Below are positions 25,894 to 39,579 of a stretch of 64,000 nucleotides of DNA, piece after piece. Below the pieces are notes generated by a model. The model was not told the origin of the DNA, ran no database searches, and saw only the letters and a list, made by a program, of their open reading frames with translations. The position numbers and the translations under genes are program-made. Positions within the stretch are counted from its first letter, which is position 1, and every line of letters starts with the position of its first letter. Source of the DNA: Podarcis cretensis (Eukaryota); contig OX638151.1 in assembly GCA_951804945.1 (NCBI GenBank), positions 64,604,001 to 64,668,000 of the forward strand, written 5' to 3'.

Positions 25894-27178
25894 TACATAT
25901 ATTTAGCAGAGTAAAAAAATGAAAAACTTTGGAAGCTGGAGCTAACCCACCACTCATCATTTATCTCATTCAAACATCACTAGTGTTGCTCAAAAAGGTA
26001 AAATAAATTCTACAGGAGGCACACTGGTAAAGAAACAAAGGTTCTTTACTCACAGCTACTTGTATACTTCACATCAGCCCTGGAGGTCTGGCAACCCTAA
26101 TGGTGAGTCCTGCAGAAACCTGACTTGTTACCAAGCTAGGGCCAGGGGCAATACCATGGGGATTCCTTCAAACTCTATGGATCCTGCCCAATGTCATCTC
26201 CCGCCAAGGAGTGGCAAACCTGGATTTCTCAATCAAACACCAAAATGTGTTCTGTAAATTCAGGGTCTGTGGGTGTATGAGAAGTTGATTCTTTTAATTG
26301 AAAAGAACAAAAATAGAAGAAATAAAACTACTGGTGATCACATCCGGCTGTTTGTCCCCCCCCTGAAATATACTCCCCTAAGGGGCAAGCAAAAAAGCCC
26401 CTTGGTGGCTGTGTAGAAAATGTACGTAATTCCGTCTTTCATTCCTAATGACATTGCCACCATTAGATTCAACTAACTCTGCTGTAATTAAAGGGTTTAT
26501 TTTGTTACTTCCAAAAGCTCTCCCTAATTACATAGTGCTTGTAAAATACTGCTGTTTGGATATTAGCATGCTTTTAAAAGATAAAGTAAAGTAGAGAGGA
26601 GGGTCCTCTCCAGTGGTTTGATTTTTCTTTATACCATGTAATTCCTTTCTTCCAGTGTATTCCAATGAAACAGCATCTATATACGGCACTGAGCATTCAC
26701 CTTGATTTTCTGGCAGGGTATTTATATGTCTCCCCATTAATCATTTATTCATTCAACACTTTTCAATGCATTCAGAGCTGTGGGTTTCTGGTGCTAGAGT
26801 GACAGAGTGCTTTAATCACTTTAATTGCGCAAACTTAAATTTCCCAGAGTTCCCTGGAAAGAGGGATTGGTTGTTAAACTACTCTGTGAATTGTAGCTCT
26901 CTGGGAGAAATAGGCTTGTCCTAACATCCTCAGCACCCATAACAAACTGCAGTTGCCAGGATTCTTTGAGAGAAGCCATGACTGTTTAAAGTGGCATGAT
27001 ACCGCTATAAATGTATAGTGCAGATGACAACTTATTGGGGTAGATCATGTGAAGTGTTTCATATCAGAAGCACATTTCTGGGCGGGGATGTTTTACATGC
27101 ACAGCTGCATAGATGTGATAAATGACGGCTTCCATGTGCAACTGCCACCATACGGAGCAAAGTACCAGAAGATCCCAC

Positions 27179-27275
27179 CTCTTGCCCCTGGCATCCTTTG
27201 CCTTAATGTTAAATGATTCAATTATTTTCTTCGGTCCTGGTTTTGTCTTGTCAGCCTGGTGTTGCATCACATAAT
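27179..27275 (-). CDS. Candidate exon C (YVMQHQADKTKPGPKKIIESFNIKAKDARGK)
   Basis: Acceptor gtttgttctttcag, donor GAG|GTGGGA. 97 nt, purine-rich. The only open frame runs phase 1 to phase 2, matching exons B and D. Confidence 0.45.
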
Positions 27276-27973
27276 CTGAAAGAACAAACAGCGATCAAAA
27301 CAGTTCCCCAAAAGCTTCAAACCCACTGATATTTTTTCCTGCCTCCTGCTTTCTAGTGATCCTGCCATATGCTGAAGACTTGTATGCCAATTTGAACCAG
27401 ATGCTAAAAAGAAACAGGCTTCTCTCCCTCTGATTTTCAGATTCAAACGTTCCCCAGCCAGTCTGGCATGACTCATTCGCACAGCAGAACCACCTTCCAT
27501 GCTCTTCTGTTTATGAAAGCTGTTAACCACAGTGGGAAAGAGAGAAGTCATGAATATAATTAATGTCTTTGTATAATACCAAAATTTTAGGTTGCTCCCC
27601 TCTCCCTGCTCCCCTCTCACACAGCAATAAACAGTTATGGTAGAGTAATAAGGAAGTGGTAGCCTGTGACACATACAAATCAGCCTACGCTACAACAGCT
27701 AACAACTCTTTGTTCTCTCTGATGTCATGAGCTTGGATTCCCAGCTAGGGATTTTCTGACTAAGCCATATAAATTCACAATGTGCTTCTCTGGATTTTCT
27801 CACAGTCGTGGGTAGATGGGTGACGCAACACATTTTTCATTCTGTAGCACATTAATGGGGTGCTGCCTAGCAGTGGTGCAAAAAACATTACCTCAAATGA
27901 CCACCTATGCTCGATCGTACATACACAGGCGAATTTCCCTCCTCTCACAGTCTCTATATCGTCTTATCAAGTG

Positions 27974-27974
<1 letters not shown>

Positions 27975-28016
<42 letters not shown>
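27975..28016. repeat. (ATT)n microsatellite
   Basis: Seen directly. Confidence 0.95.
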
Positions 28017-28018
<2 letters not shown>

Positions 28019-29304
28019 ATTGTCTTTTAGTTCTGAACGTGAACTCTATTTTATTTTAATTGCACTGTAGACCAAAATTGGCATCCATATATTACTGCAT
28101 CAAAATGCTATTGGGGTGAGTAAGACACTTTCCTATGCACAACCCTATTTGGTTGTTATCAGTGAAAATTATCTCACCTTTCCTATCCATGAAAGCATCA
28201 GTAGAGCAGGCATCTCCACCAAACTGGAGTCCTTGCTTCCACAGAGAAGATGTGTGGATCTGTCACTCTTGCTCATGATTATCATATTGCTCATAGATTT
28301 CATATCATATTTTCTCATAGATTTTAAAATCTGCAACATTGTTCTAGGGGTGGGGAGGGAAAATAACCCAAATCACTAGAATGAAATCTGTATTTGAAAA
28401 TTAGCAGAGCATATGTTAAAAGCTGTAGAGTACACGATCACTGCTTTCTACAGTATATCTCTCAGATGTTCAGAGAGGCAGATGGCTTGAAGGAGAACAT
28501 GTAGTTATCATTTCTGCTCTGACACAATGTGGTAGTGTGCCATTTGTCTTCTTCAAGTAACTGCGTCCAACAGGTAGAGAATGAGATGAGAGCAACTTAA
28601 GATCATGAGAAGAAGAAAAACCTTGACTAAACCATTGCAATACTTAAATTATTCCCAACAGAGTGCCAGAATTCTATTCAGCCATTTTGTTTGTCCTGAG
28701 TACTAGCTGAGATCACTTTTCTAAATGATTCTACAAAATGCTTTTTAGTGATGAGTGGGTGTTAATGATTGCTGTTAATGTAGCATAGAAAGTAGAAGGG
28801 GGCTGTTTTTAACAGGAATTTACATTTTAGTCAATGTAGTTTATTTGCAAGTGAATTTAAGGTGTGTGGTTTTTTTAAATCCAGTTTGATGTAACTTATA
28901 AAAATGGCCCTCAGTTACTTTGGTGGGTGTTGTCCACCCACAGATACTGAAGTGATCTTTTCATTTTGTGATACATAGATAAATCACAAATGTTCTGGTC
29001 TTAGACATGGTTTAACATGGACAACACTGGAACAGAAAACTAGTTATTTGAATTCATCCTAAGATGCATAGATGCCTGCTGCATATTTACCTTTGTAGCC
29101 ATCCTCCTCTCAGTCTCTCTGTCCTGATCCTCTGTTCAGAATCACAGCATCCCAAGACTGCTTTTTTGTGATTTGCATTTGAGTGTAATGAGTAGTTTGC
29201 TCCCCCATCAGATACAGGAAAGTACAATTACAGCAGCACCACCATAAAATTCACATAAAATATGGGAAAACCCAATCTTCTCAGCTAACCAAAGCAACCC
29301 AATA

Positions 29305-29386
29305 CAGTAGTACCTCGGGTTACATACGCTTCAGGTTACATACGCTTCAGGTTACAGACTTCGCTAACCCATAAATAGTACCTCGG

Positions 29387-29431
<45 letters not shown>

Positions 29432-30130
29432 TTATTATTTGTACCCCGTCCATCTGGCTGGGTTTCCCCAGCCACTCTGGGCGGCTTCCATAAAAACCAA
29501 AAATACACTAAAATATCACAGATTAAAAACTTCCCTGAACAGGGCTGCCTTAAGATGTCTTCTGAATGTCAGGTAGTTATTTATCGCTTTGACATCTGAT
29601 GGGAGGGCGTTCCACAGGGCAGGCACCACGACCGAGAAGGCCCTCTGCCTGGTTCCCTGTAGCTTTGCTTCTCGCAATGAAGGAACCGCCAGAAGGCCCT
29701 CGGCGCTAGACCTCAGCGTCCGGGCAGAACGATGGGGGTGGAGACGCTCCTTCAGGTATACTGGGCCGAGGCCGTTTAGGGCTTTAAAGGTCAACACCAG
29801 CACTTTGAATTGTGCTCGGAAACGTACTGGGAGCCAATGTAGGTCTTTCAAGACCGGTGTTATGTGGTCTCGGCGGCTGCCCCCAGTCACCAGTCTAGCT
29901 GCTGCATTCTGGATTAGTTGTAGTTTCCGAGTCACCTTCAAAGGTAGCCCCACGTAGAGCGCATTGCAGTAGTTAAGAACTTTGCTTCAGGATGAGAACA
30001 GAAATCGTGCTCCAGCGGCGTGGCAGCAGCAGGAGGCCCCATTAGCTAAAGTGGTGCTTGAGTTAAGAACAGTTTCTGGTTAAGAACGGACCTCCGGAAC
30101 GAATTAAGTACTTAACCCGAGGTACCACTG
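29305..30130 (-). mobile_element. MITE family A, split by an L2-clade LINE
   Basis: The halves 29305-29391 and 29972-30130 rejoin into a complete inverted copy with TA flanks. Confidence 0.85.
29392..29971 (-). mobile_element. L2-clade LINE 3' fragment, inserted inside a MITE
   Basis: ORF LQLIQNAAARLVTG..RDHITPVLKDLHWLPVRFRAQFKVLVLTFKALNGLGP is typical of L2-clade ORF2 C-termini. Ends in a (TTA)n tail. Confidence 0.9.
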
Positions 30131-30281
30131 TACATTGCGCTGCCTGAGACGGCCCAACAAATGGCAGCAATAAATCAAGATGCTTAATAATACCCAGGGC
30201 TGATGTAACTGACATCAAAATCAAAGAAGCATCTTGACCTCTACCTGGTAACAAACATACAATAATAACAATAATCATTTA

Positions 30282-30428
30282 NNNNNNNNNNNNNNNNNNN
30301 NNNNNNNNNNNNNNNNNNNNNNNNNNNNNNNNNNNNNNNNNNNNNNNNNNNNNNNNNNNNNNNNNNNNNNNNNNNNNNNNNNNNNNNNNNNNNNNNNNNN
30401 NNNNNNNNNNNNNNNNNNNNNNNNNNNN
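30282..30428. other. Assembly gap (147 N)
   Basis: Run of N. Confidence 1.
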
Positions 30429-32451
30429 CTTCACTGTCCTTAATTGTAGGATTGGCCCTGCATCTAATTATATACCTGATAATGGCCCACACTCCCTAAT
30501 AATTATGAGGGGATTATAGGAAATGTGACCAATGTTACTCAAAGTATGGAATGCATTATTTTTTTAACTCTGGATAAATCATATATCCTTTTATGCAGAT
30601 ATTCATACTTCAACAACAGACATTCAATTATTTCTAAATAAATACATTTTTTTTTGTTTCAAGTTCTCCAACTCCACAAGCACCCATTTTAAATTTGCAC
30701 AAATATCACATGCAAATGATGAAAGAATGCCTTATTCCTCCCTCCTCTGGGAGGCGCCAACTCTATATAAGGAATGGGAGAAAAGCAGTCTCCGAATGAC
30801 TTTCAGACCACCTTTGGTAACCACAAGAGGCAGTCAAGACTAGGGATCATTGTCCCCCTGCCTTGAGAAAATTTAGCATATATGCACATAACAAAACCAT
30901 CCTTCACAAGAATTTTCCATAAGGCAGCAGGAACAATAGAAAATTAGTGACCTTGGGATGGCGCCAGGAAGCTGAACAGCTTGGCCATTGTGTGGAAACA
31001 CAGCTGACTTTTGCACAGGAAACAATCATGGTTGATTAGATACTACAAACTCCTGCCTCTATTCCCCCCCCCCCTTTGTCTATCACCCCAACCCCTTTCT
31101 ATGAAAGTGAAAGCTTTCTAACTCTGAATTTCACCTATCCGTCTGTGACACAATTAGTTTTGTCAGATGTAACCTCATTCTACGAATGGAACTATCAAAT
31201 GTTTCTCTTGATGATAAACTAGGTAGTTATCAATGCAATAAATCTCCCACCCTTTAGAGTAGGGTTCTATTTCAGTCCACCAGGCTCCCCATTGCAGAAG
31301 GTGAGCCCATAACATGTGGGGCACTACAGGAATAGGAGTAGTGTTGTTTGGAAGGAAGCAGAGATAATAGGACTGAATTCAGAGCACTTTATTTTGTCTT
31401 TCATGTTTTATGCGATCTTTCAGATGATGTAAAAGCCACTGCTTGAAACCTAGTCGAAGTTGTTCCATTTGCAGCCTTGTTAACTCGGAAAATCTGGGGA
31501 GTTTGGCACTGTAATATCACTTAACGAAATATGTGGCATCCCAGCATATCGTTCTTTCCCACCATTTAAAATTTAGCATGGCATGGCCATAGAATTGATC
31601 GAGAAAACACAGTTCCACAACACAGCAGGCAATGCAGTGTGAAATGAATGTTAGAAGCACTAGCATGATAACCAAGGAAAATAGCACATAAATCCAACAT
31701 CTGAATGCAGCCTTAGTTTGTCCTCATTCTCCTCCTTGTGTGATGGGAATCATGGGTGAGGATAGAAGGAGAGTAATGGAATAAGATCTATATGTGCTGT
31801 GATCAAACAAATCCAAAGTCTGGCTACAATGAGCCTTCTGTAATTATGTTTAGGAACTAAATAACATATGCAGCACACTACTATCACAAGAAAATCAATT
31901 CTTTACTTATGTTGTCAGGTCTCCAAAGAATGAAAAAAAAAAGTTTCATTATTAAAAACTGAAGGTAAGCCTTAGAGAAATGAAAAGTGCAGAAAATGAA
32001 AGAAAAAAAATTCCACCATAATTATAAAAGCTAACAAAAAAACATTATTATCCAGAAAAGGAAATCAATCAAGTATAAGCTACGGAAGAAAATCCATTTA
32101 AAGCAGTGTGTATTTATTAGGCCTCTGCACCAGCTACAAGATTCAACTTGTATCTATAGTGATGAACCCTAGAAAAGAACCAACCCAATCTCTTTTGGAC
32201 TGTTTTTGCTCATTCAATGTATTGGGCAAGGCAAATGGAAACCAACTGCATTAGCACACAGACTCCTTCCAAACACACAACCAGCTCTCCAGGCAGCCCT
32301 TCCCCTTTTATCCCTGAAGGAGAAGGACTGGTGTTTACCCTTGGATGTACTTTCAGCAGATGGGATGGAGTGGAATAGCAGTGGTTTCACCTAATACCAA
32401 ACATTCACTAACCAATAAAAGTTGTGGCCTAAGTTGATCCAATAATCTCTA

Positions 32452-33187
32452 TACTACTACTACTAATAATAATTTATTATTTGTACCCCGCCCATCTGGC
32501 TGGGTTTCCCCAGCCACTCTGAGCGGCTTCCAACAAAGATGAAAAATACACTAAAATGTCACATATTAAAAACTTCCCTGAACAGGGCTGCCTTCAGATG
32601 TCTTCTGAATGTCAGGTAGTTGTTTATCGCTTTGACATCTGATGGGAGGGCATTCCACAGGGTGGGCGCCACTACCGAGAAGGCCCTCTGCCTGGTTCCC
32701 TGTAACTTGGCCTCTCGCAGTGAGGGAACCGCCAGAAGGCCCTCGGGGCTGGACCTCAGTGTCCGGGCAGAACGATGGGGGAGGAGACGCTCCTTCAGAT
32801 ATACTGGACCGAGGCCATTTAGGGCTTTAAAGGTCAGCACCAACACTTTGAATTGTGCTCGGAAACCTACTGGGAGCCAATGTAGGTCTTTCAAGACCGG
32901 TGTTATATGGTCTTGGCGGCCGCTCCCAGTCACCAGTCTAGCTGCCGCATTCTGGATTAGTTGTAGTTTCCGGGTCACCTTCAAAGGTAGCCCCACGTAG
33001 AGCGCATTGCAGTAGTCCAAGCGGGAGATAACCAGAGCATGTACCACTCTGGCGAGACAGTCTGCAGGCAGATAGGGTCTCAGCCTACGTACCAGATGGA
33101 GCTGGTAAACAGCTGCCCTGGATACAGATTTGACCTGTGCCTCCATGGACAGCTGTGAGTCCAAAATTACTCCCAGGCTGCGCACCT
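32452..33187 (-). mobile_element. L2-clade LINE 3' fragment
   Basis: 208-aa open ORF (RSLGVILDSQLSM..VISRLDYCNALYVGLP..LHWLP), highly similar to the 29.4-kb copy, with the same 3' UTR. Confidence 0.9.
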
Positions 33188-35139
33188 ATGTTGTGTCTAG
33201 TTATTTACTCCAGGGAATGGGTTGGTCATGGGGCCTCGGCACGCAAGGAGATTGTAAACTTTTAGGCAAATGCACAATTTTGGGAAATCTCAAAATGGCC
33301 AACATTTGCAGGCATATTAGCTCCTCTTGAGTGGATAATGATGAATGGGTAATCCAATGCAAGTGAGAGCCAGTTATTTGTGACTCACTCCTACATGGAT
33401 GATGAGTGCTGGAACACCTAATGCCATTTCAATGGAACTGCACCTCATGCACAGGAGTAGGAGATCTGCTCTTGGAAAAGCAGTGTCTCCTCACACAGTT
33501 GGGGGTATATCTGAAGGACACCCTATCCATTTGGTGCCCTTACTGCCTTTTCTCTTCTTTCTTTGTTTTCCTGTTCACCTCACCTCCTGTCAAAATTTGG
33601 ACTATAAACTCCTCGGAGCAGGGATGTTGTCTGTATGTGTGCATGCTTATTTGACTCTGCGAAGCGCTGTGAAATATGGTGTGATAAATCAGAATAAAAC
33701 ATAATAATAAATAAAAACTGGCCATAAAGAAGCCCATGGCCCATGCACATGCCAAGGTGCCCGTCAATTTGACAGGTCCCACTGGGTGCTAATGAGATCC
33801 TGTCATGTGCGATGACAGTTTGACTTTAAGATCCCCACGCTTGATTGGCATCTGTGTGTGCGTGGGAGAGAACTGAATGCATAAAAGGTGGCAGCAGCTG
33901 CTGAGCCACGAGAACAAGGCCGTGGGTGAAAGGCTAACACTAGGATTCCTGAAGTGGCAGCAGAACACGAAGCACAGGGCACTCCTGTCAAAACCAGCAG
34001 CCTTATTTATTTGTATTTCCTGTCACAGTTATATCTCACCTTTCCTTGCTGCCCCCATTTTCTCCTCATTTCAACCATGTGAGGAAAGCTAGTCTGAGAG
34101 ACTGTGACTGGCCCAAGGTCACCCAGTGAGTTTCATGGCTGAGGGGAATTATGAACCCAGATGTCCCAGGTCCTAGTAGACCCTGCTTCATCATAGAAAC
34201 CTCTAAGTTTACATAAAATATATACCGAGCTTATCATTAAAAATCAGAACTTAAAAATAATTTGTCCTAATTTCACCCCATCCCAACAAATTTAATAAAG
34301 CCAGCAGTTTAAAAATTATACATTATAAAATAAAATTACATATTGAAATCCATGGCAACTTTACATATCTAGATAGCTTTGCTGAAACAAACATGTCTTA
34401 GCAGGCATTGAAAACATTAAAGCACAGGCACCTGCGTTATGTTGGTGAGCATCTGTATCTATGCCTAGTAAGTAAGCCTGGCTACATATTACACCCCTCA
34501 TCATGTGCAAAAGTGGCTTGGCTCTGACTGATAAGTATTCTTCCTTTCCCTTTCCAGTTTGTTTGTCATCGTTGTTGATGATGATGATCATATAATAAAA
34601 AATAAATATTATCCTTTTATCTCACCGTATAATTTCCTCACCCTTGCACCACAGAAACCTTTATTCCCTCCCACTCCCCCACCCCCGGACCTCCCTGCCT
34701 ATCGACCATCTTTATCCAGCAGGCCAAAAGTCAGTGGTGTTGGCATTGGTCCAACCAAAAGGCTACGACATGTCTTGGGGGCAGGCCAGGAACTGGGCAT
34801 ACTACAGGCGATGGCTCTCAGAGCCACCTGCAAGTGGCCCATTGCACACTGCTTGGGAATTAACACACATACCCCCACACAAAAAAAGCACACATAAAGC
34901 AACAATCCACTTTGAACTGAGAAAAAAAACCATTTCCTTTTAAAATAAAATATAATAAAATGTCAGAACAATTTCACAGCTATGGCATATATTTCACACC
35001 ACATTTCTTGGCCCTGCATTCATCCATCAGTGAGATGAATATATAATATTCTTCCACTTATAACACAATGACTTAACCTGGATGTAGATTTGCTGCAGAT
35101 GCCTGTTTAGGATAAGGAGTGCAGCCTTTTGATCTTATA

Positions 35140-35381
35140 CAGTGGTACCTCTGGTTAAGTACTTAATTCATTCCAGAGGTCCATTCTTAACCTGAAACTG
35201 TTCTTAACCTGAAGCACCACTTTAGCTAATGGGGCCTCCTGCTGCTGCCACGCCGCCGGAGCACGATTTCTGTTCTCATCCTGAAGCAAAGTTCTTAACC
35301 TGAAGCACTATTTCTGGGTTAGTCGAGTCTGTAACCTGAAGCATATGTAACCTGAAGTGTATGTAACCCGAGGTACCATTG
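35140..35381 (+). mobile_element. MITE family A
   Basis: TIRs, TA flanks and shared internal sequence. Confidence 0.85.
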
Positions 35382-36980
35382 TAGTTCTGTGCACACTGCC
35401 CACGATACCTTTCTTCATAGTGGAAGCCCCCCCCCCCATAATTAAACACTATTTAATTCTGGGATGATTCTGGGATGATCAGAGGTGGATTTATGTGCTT
35501 TTAAATGTTTATATTATGCTTCTACAGAGTGAAGAGATAGTATATGTATATAAAGTGTGTGTTTGTATTCTTCCCCCCTTCTGAGCTGTAAGGATAGCAT
35601 TATTGAGTTCAGTTTCCTTCATATGAAGAAGCACCAGAGCTATACGATGTCCACAATATTTATTTAAACTTACAAATATAGAATCAGTCCACACTTCAGG
35701 GTCCCTGTTGCCAGTCAAAAGCATGTGTCATGCCCTGCCCCACTGTCTGAGAACCTACTTGTGTTTGCAGTCCTAGGCAGATGTCAAAAAGCAGGACGTC
35801 CACTGAACGGATTAAAGCTTGCAGCTAGTGTGTTTTTGTGTGTGTGTGTGTGTGTAACAAATCCATTCAGCTCCACAATACAGTATAATGCTCTTCATTT
35901 GATTATATTGGGTTTGCTGTTCCCTCTGTAACAAAGAAGGGAAGTACATCAAGAAAATGTTGCTGCAGATGGAACGAGGAGTAACACCATGAGCTCTTTA
36001 GACGAAAACCAGTTTCAATGTACATTGTGTTTCAAGGCCCACTTCCTCTGCTCTGTAGGTCTTGAAAAGGAACATCCCACTTGTGTCTGCCGACACAAAG
36101 GAATGTTACAGCCCACGTGATGTTATCAGTCCTTCCTGTGGTACTGCAACAGTATCCTGGTTGTTCCTTCCAGAGAATTAGTAATTGTTTTCATGGGAGG
36201 AGTGACTCCTTTGGGTGGGATCTCATGGCATCTCACTCAATGGAAGTGGGTGGTGTTTGGAGAACACCCAGGCACATGACACAGATCTCCAGCTGTAGAG
36301 AAACCAAATCCAGGAGCCTAAACTATCAAAGCCATTAGTAATCACAGTTCTTAAGGCTGATTCATGACATGAAGACTTACATTTTAAAGCACAGTTTAAC
36401 GCAAGGGGGAGAGTTATTGCACATACGAGCTCTTGGACCTGACCTAACACTGTTGGACACTGTGTTCTCCTTGTTTCCTAGGGCAGTATCAAATTCCGTC
36501 GGCTTCTGACCACATTCTTTCACCGTATCTTGAAATCTGTCCAATTTATATTTGTACTATTTGATTTAAGGCTGCATGGCTTTTCAAATATAATGATCAG
36601 CCAAGTTCAAGTTATTTCAGTTTTAGGTTTCATTCAAGGCAGTCCTGAATTGAAGATTCACATTTGCCATCTTTCCCAGTTGTTCATAGTAGAACACTGC
36701 CAGCGGTGTGATGAGAGGTGTTATTTATTTCCTCAATCCCAGACAGAAAAACTAAATGGAACATGCACTCCCAAGAAAAGTACAAATGGAGCCCTTATTG
36801 GAAGCTTATGATTTTACTCCATCAGTTCTGAAATTTGTATCTATGGACAAACCCACCTGAACTAAAATTGTGACCCTCTGTGGTTATGTGTCACCAAAGG
36901 TCACATGCTTCACATCCGATGTCCCCTGATGTTGTTGGACTCCAACTCCCATCATTCCTGACCGTTGGCTAGGCTACTGG

Positions 36981-37170
36981 TGGTGTGTACACACTAAACT
37001 TTTAAAGCACATTTGAAGCCTATACTTTCCCTCAAAGAATTCTGGGCACTGTAGTTTGCCCCTCACAGAACTACAATTCCCAGCAACCCTTAGAAAGCTA
37101 GTGCCCAGAATTCTTTAAGGGAGGAAATGTGTCTTGAATATGCTTTAAAGGTATTGTGTACATGCAGCCC
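36981..37170. mobile_element. Palindromic MITE inserted among other MITE remnants
   Basis: Inverted arms TTTAAAGCA..AAAGAATTCTGGGCACT / AGTGCCCAGAATTCTTT..TGCTTTAAA. Related pieces lie near 330, 11780, 26800, 38385 and 40920. Confidence 0.6.
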
Positions 37171-37524
37171 AAGGTGTGTGGAGGCCGCCATGTTAGCTAC
37201 ATAAAAAAAGAAAAAAGCCTCAGTTCAATTCTTGGCAGAGCTGAGAAAGACCTCAGCCTTCTCCAACCCGGTGCCACCACTTTGACACAGACAGCATGGT
37301 TGTGCTGGCTGTGACTGATGGTAGATAGAGCCCAAAACATCTGGGGGGCACCAGTTTGGAGAAGGTTGATGCACCATTTTAGAATACATCAAGTTTGTCT
37401 GAATGCTCTTCCTAAGATTTGTTATTCATACATGTTGCATGTTGCATGTCTGAATGCTCTTCCTAAGCTTCTGATATGGAGCTACACTAGAAGTTAGCCG
37501 GAATTACAGCAAGATACTATAGTA

Positions 37525-37784
37525 CAGTGGTACCTCGGGATGTGAACGGGATCTGTTCCGGAGCCCCGTTCGCATCCCGAATGGAATGCAAGACGCGACG
37601 GCACATCTGCGCGTGCGCGGGTTGCGTTTCACCGCTTCCGCGCATGCTTGTGATGTTATTTTGAGAGTCTGCACATGTGCGAGTGGCAAAACCCGGAAGT
37701 AATGCGCTCCGTTACTTCCGGGTTGCCGCAGAGTGCAACTCGAACGCACTCAACCCAAAGAACATTCAACTCGAGGTATGACTG
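37525..37784 (+). mobile_element. MITE family B
   Basis: Ends CAGTGGTACCTCG and CGAGGTATGACTG with TA flanks. Confidence 0.82.
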
Positions 37785-39579
37785 TATAGACAAATCTAGG
37801 CCTCATGGACCATTGATTTGAAGCAGTACGACTAGTGTTAATATAAATATTAATTAGGCAGGAAAGCTGACTAAACAATTTTAGGGTGTCAAGTGACTAA
37901 GCATAACTCAACTTGGTTTTCTGCGGCTGCAGTGCTATGCACACATTTTGGAGTGAGCCCCAATAGACACAGCAGAACTTATTTCTAAATAGATATGCAT
38001 AGGAATGTATAAAACTTTATGTCATTCTAAATTAGTACTCACTGGTTTATACAATTCAAAGGCAATATGAAATCCATTAGCAAGAAATGACTTAAAATTA
38101 TAGATAGATGTAAATATAAATATAGATATATAGGAACACATATAGATAGATATACTTGGGGATATTAAAAATAGCATTCAGTTGGTGGGAAATAGAGGGA
38201 GAAGAGCCTACCAAAATCTGGTCTATTTTCAAGGAAACTGAAGTAGAAACACATTTTTTTTGTCTGGGTTTAAATAAAGCATAGATTTTTCTTAAATGAA
38301 TCGGCTTGATCAGTTGTTGAATTTGCATCTGCATCTGCACTAAGCATTACATCTGGTTTAGAAATCATTGGCTTTTTCTAGGGAATCCTGGGAACTGTAG
38401 CTCCAAACTGAAACTAGATACTGTATGGTAAACAGATGAATCTTACCCCAATGGCCAGACTACAATCCCCATAATTCTTTGAGGGGCAAGCATGACACTT
38501 TAAAGTGGTATGAAACCAATGTAAATTGTAGTAAAGTTATACCCGTCGGCTTTGATTCCAGTTCAGCAACAAAACTGGTGAGCAGGCTTCTGCTGATTAG
38601 TCATTTTGCTATTTCATTTCCCCTTTATAAAATGGGAATTGTAGCTTGTTACTCTAAGTCCTGTGACATGGAACTAATGCAGCCAAGAGTTTGTGTAGGG
38701 CTATAAATAGATGAACAAACCATATCAGTAAGGTGTTTTGTCGTCATGCTGGTGGGCTATAGCCAATGGAATGGTACTCAGAGTTGGCGCATTGAATTTA
38801 ATGCACCTAAATTAGTCATGTCCATTTCAACGGATCTGCTCTGAGTATGACTAATGCTGGATCCAAGCCCATCACTCAGACTTGTTTGGAAGAGACTAGA
38901 TGTTCTGTCTTTGGACGACTTACATGAGTCTTTAGTTAGTATCTGTAGTGAGCATTAGCTGTCGTGACACAAATGTGCATTACTTCATCGAGTAAAATAT
39001 GAACTTGGATGTTTCCCATCAATGGGAATAATTTAAGCTTCAGTTATTTACTCTGCCGCCCACCAGAAAGAATTTTAATGACCAAATGCCTGTAATATGT
39101 GCACTAGTGACAGGAGTTATTTCTGCATAGCTCTCCAAGAACGTGTTATTTTGTTAGAACTAATAATGTCATAGCAACCTCACTGAAAATGGTAGTGGCT
39201 AAAGTGTGTTAACTGTGTTGTCCTGTCTCCTGATAACACTTCTGTTTCTGTGATAGAAAACATAGCCCAAACTAATCAGTCAGCTTGTGGAGCATTGCAC
39301 TCAACCAAGTGACCCAAAAAAGGCTATGATTCTATTATTTATTTATTACAGGGTCATTTCAATGTTGCTGGACTCTAGTTCTCATCTGCCCCAACCAGCA
39401 TGGACAATGCTCAGTGATAGTTGTACCCACAGCTTTCCTGATTTGTTACATTTGTAGCCCATCTTTCTCCCAAGCAGGTCAAGACTGGTTCTCCCTTTGC
39501 TTACAACCACCCTGCGAGGTAGGTTAGGCTGAGAAACAAGGTCACTTAGTGATTTTCCTTGCTGAATGCAGCAGTTCTG

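Noticed and set aside
23217-33185. The longest ORFs (184, 145 and 208 aa) as host genes
   Set aside because: They are C-terminal fragments of L1-clade and L2-clade ORF2, 5'-truncated and tailed. The plus-strand ORFs over them are antisense frames.
37397-37467. 21-bp direct repeat TGTCTGAATGCTCTTCCTAAG as the TSD of an element
   Set aside because: Only ~30 bp lies between the copies, with no tail or TIR. A local slippage or repair duplication is more likely.
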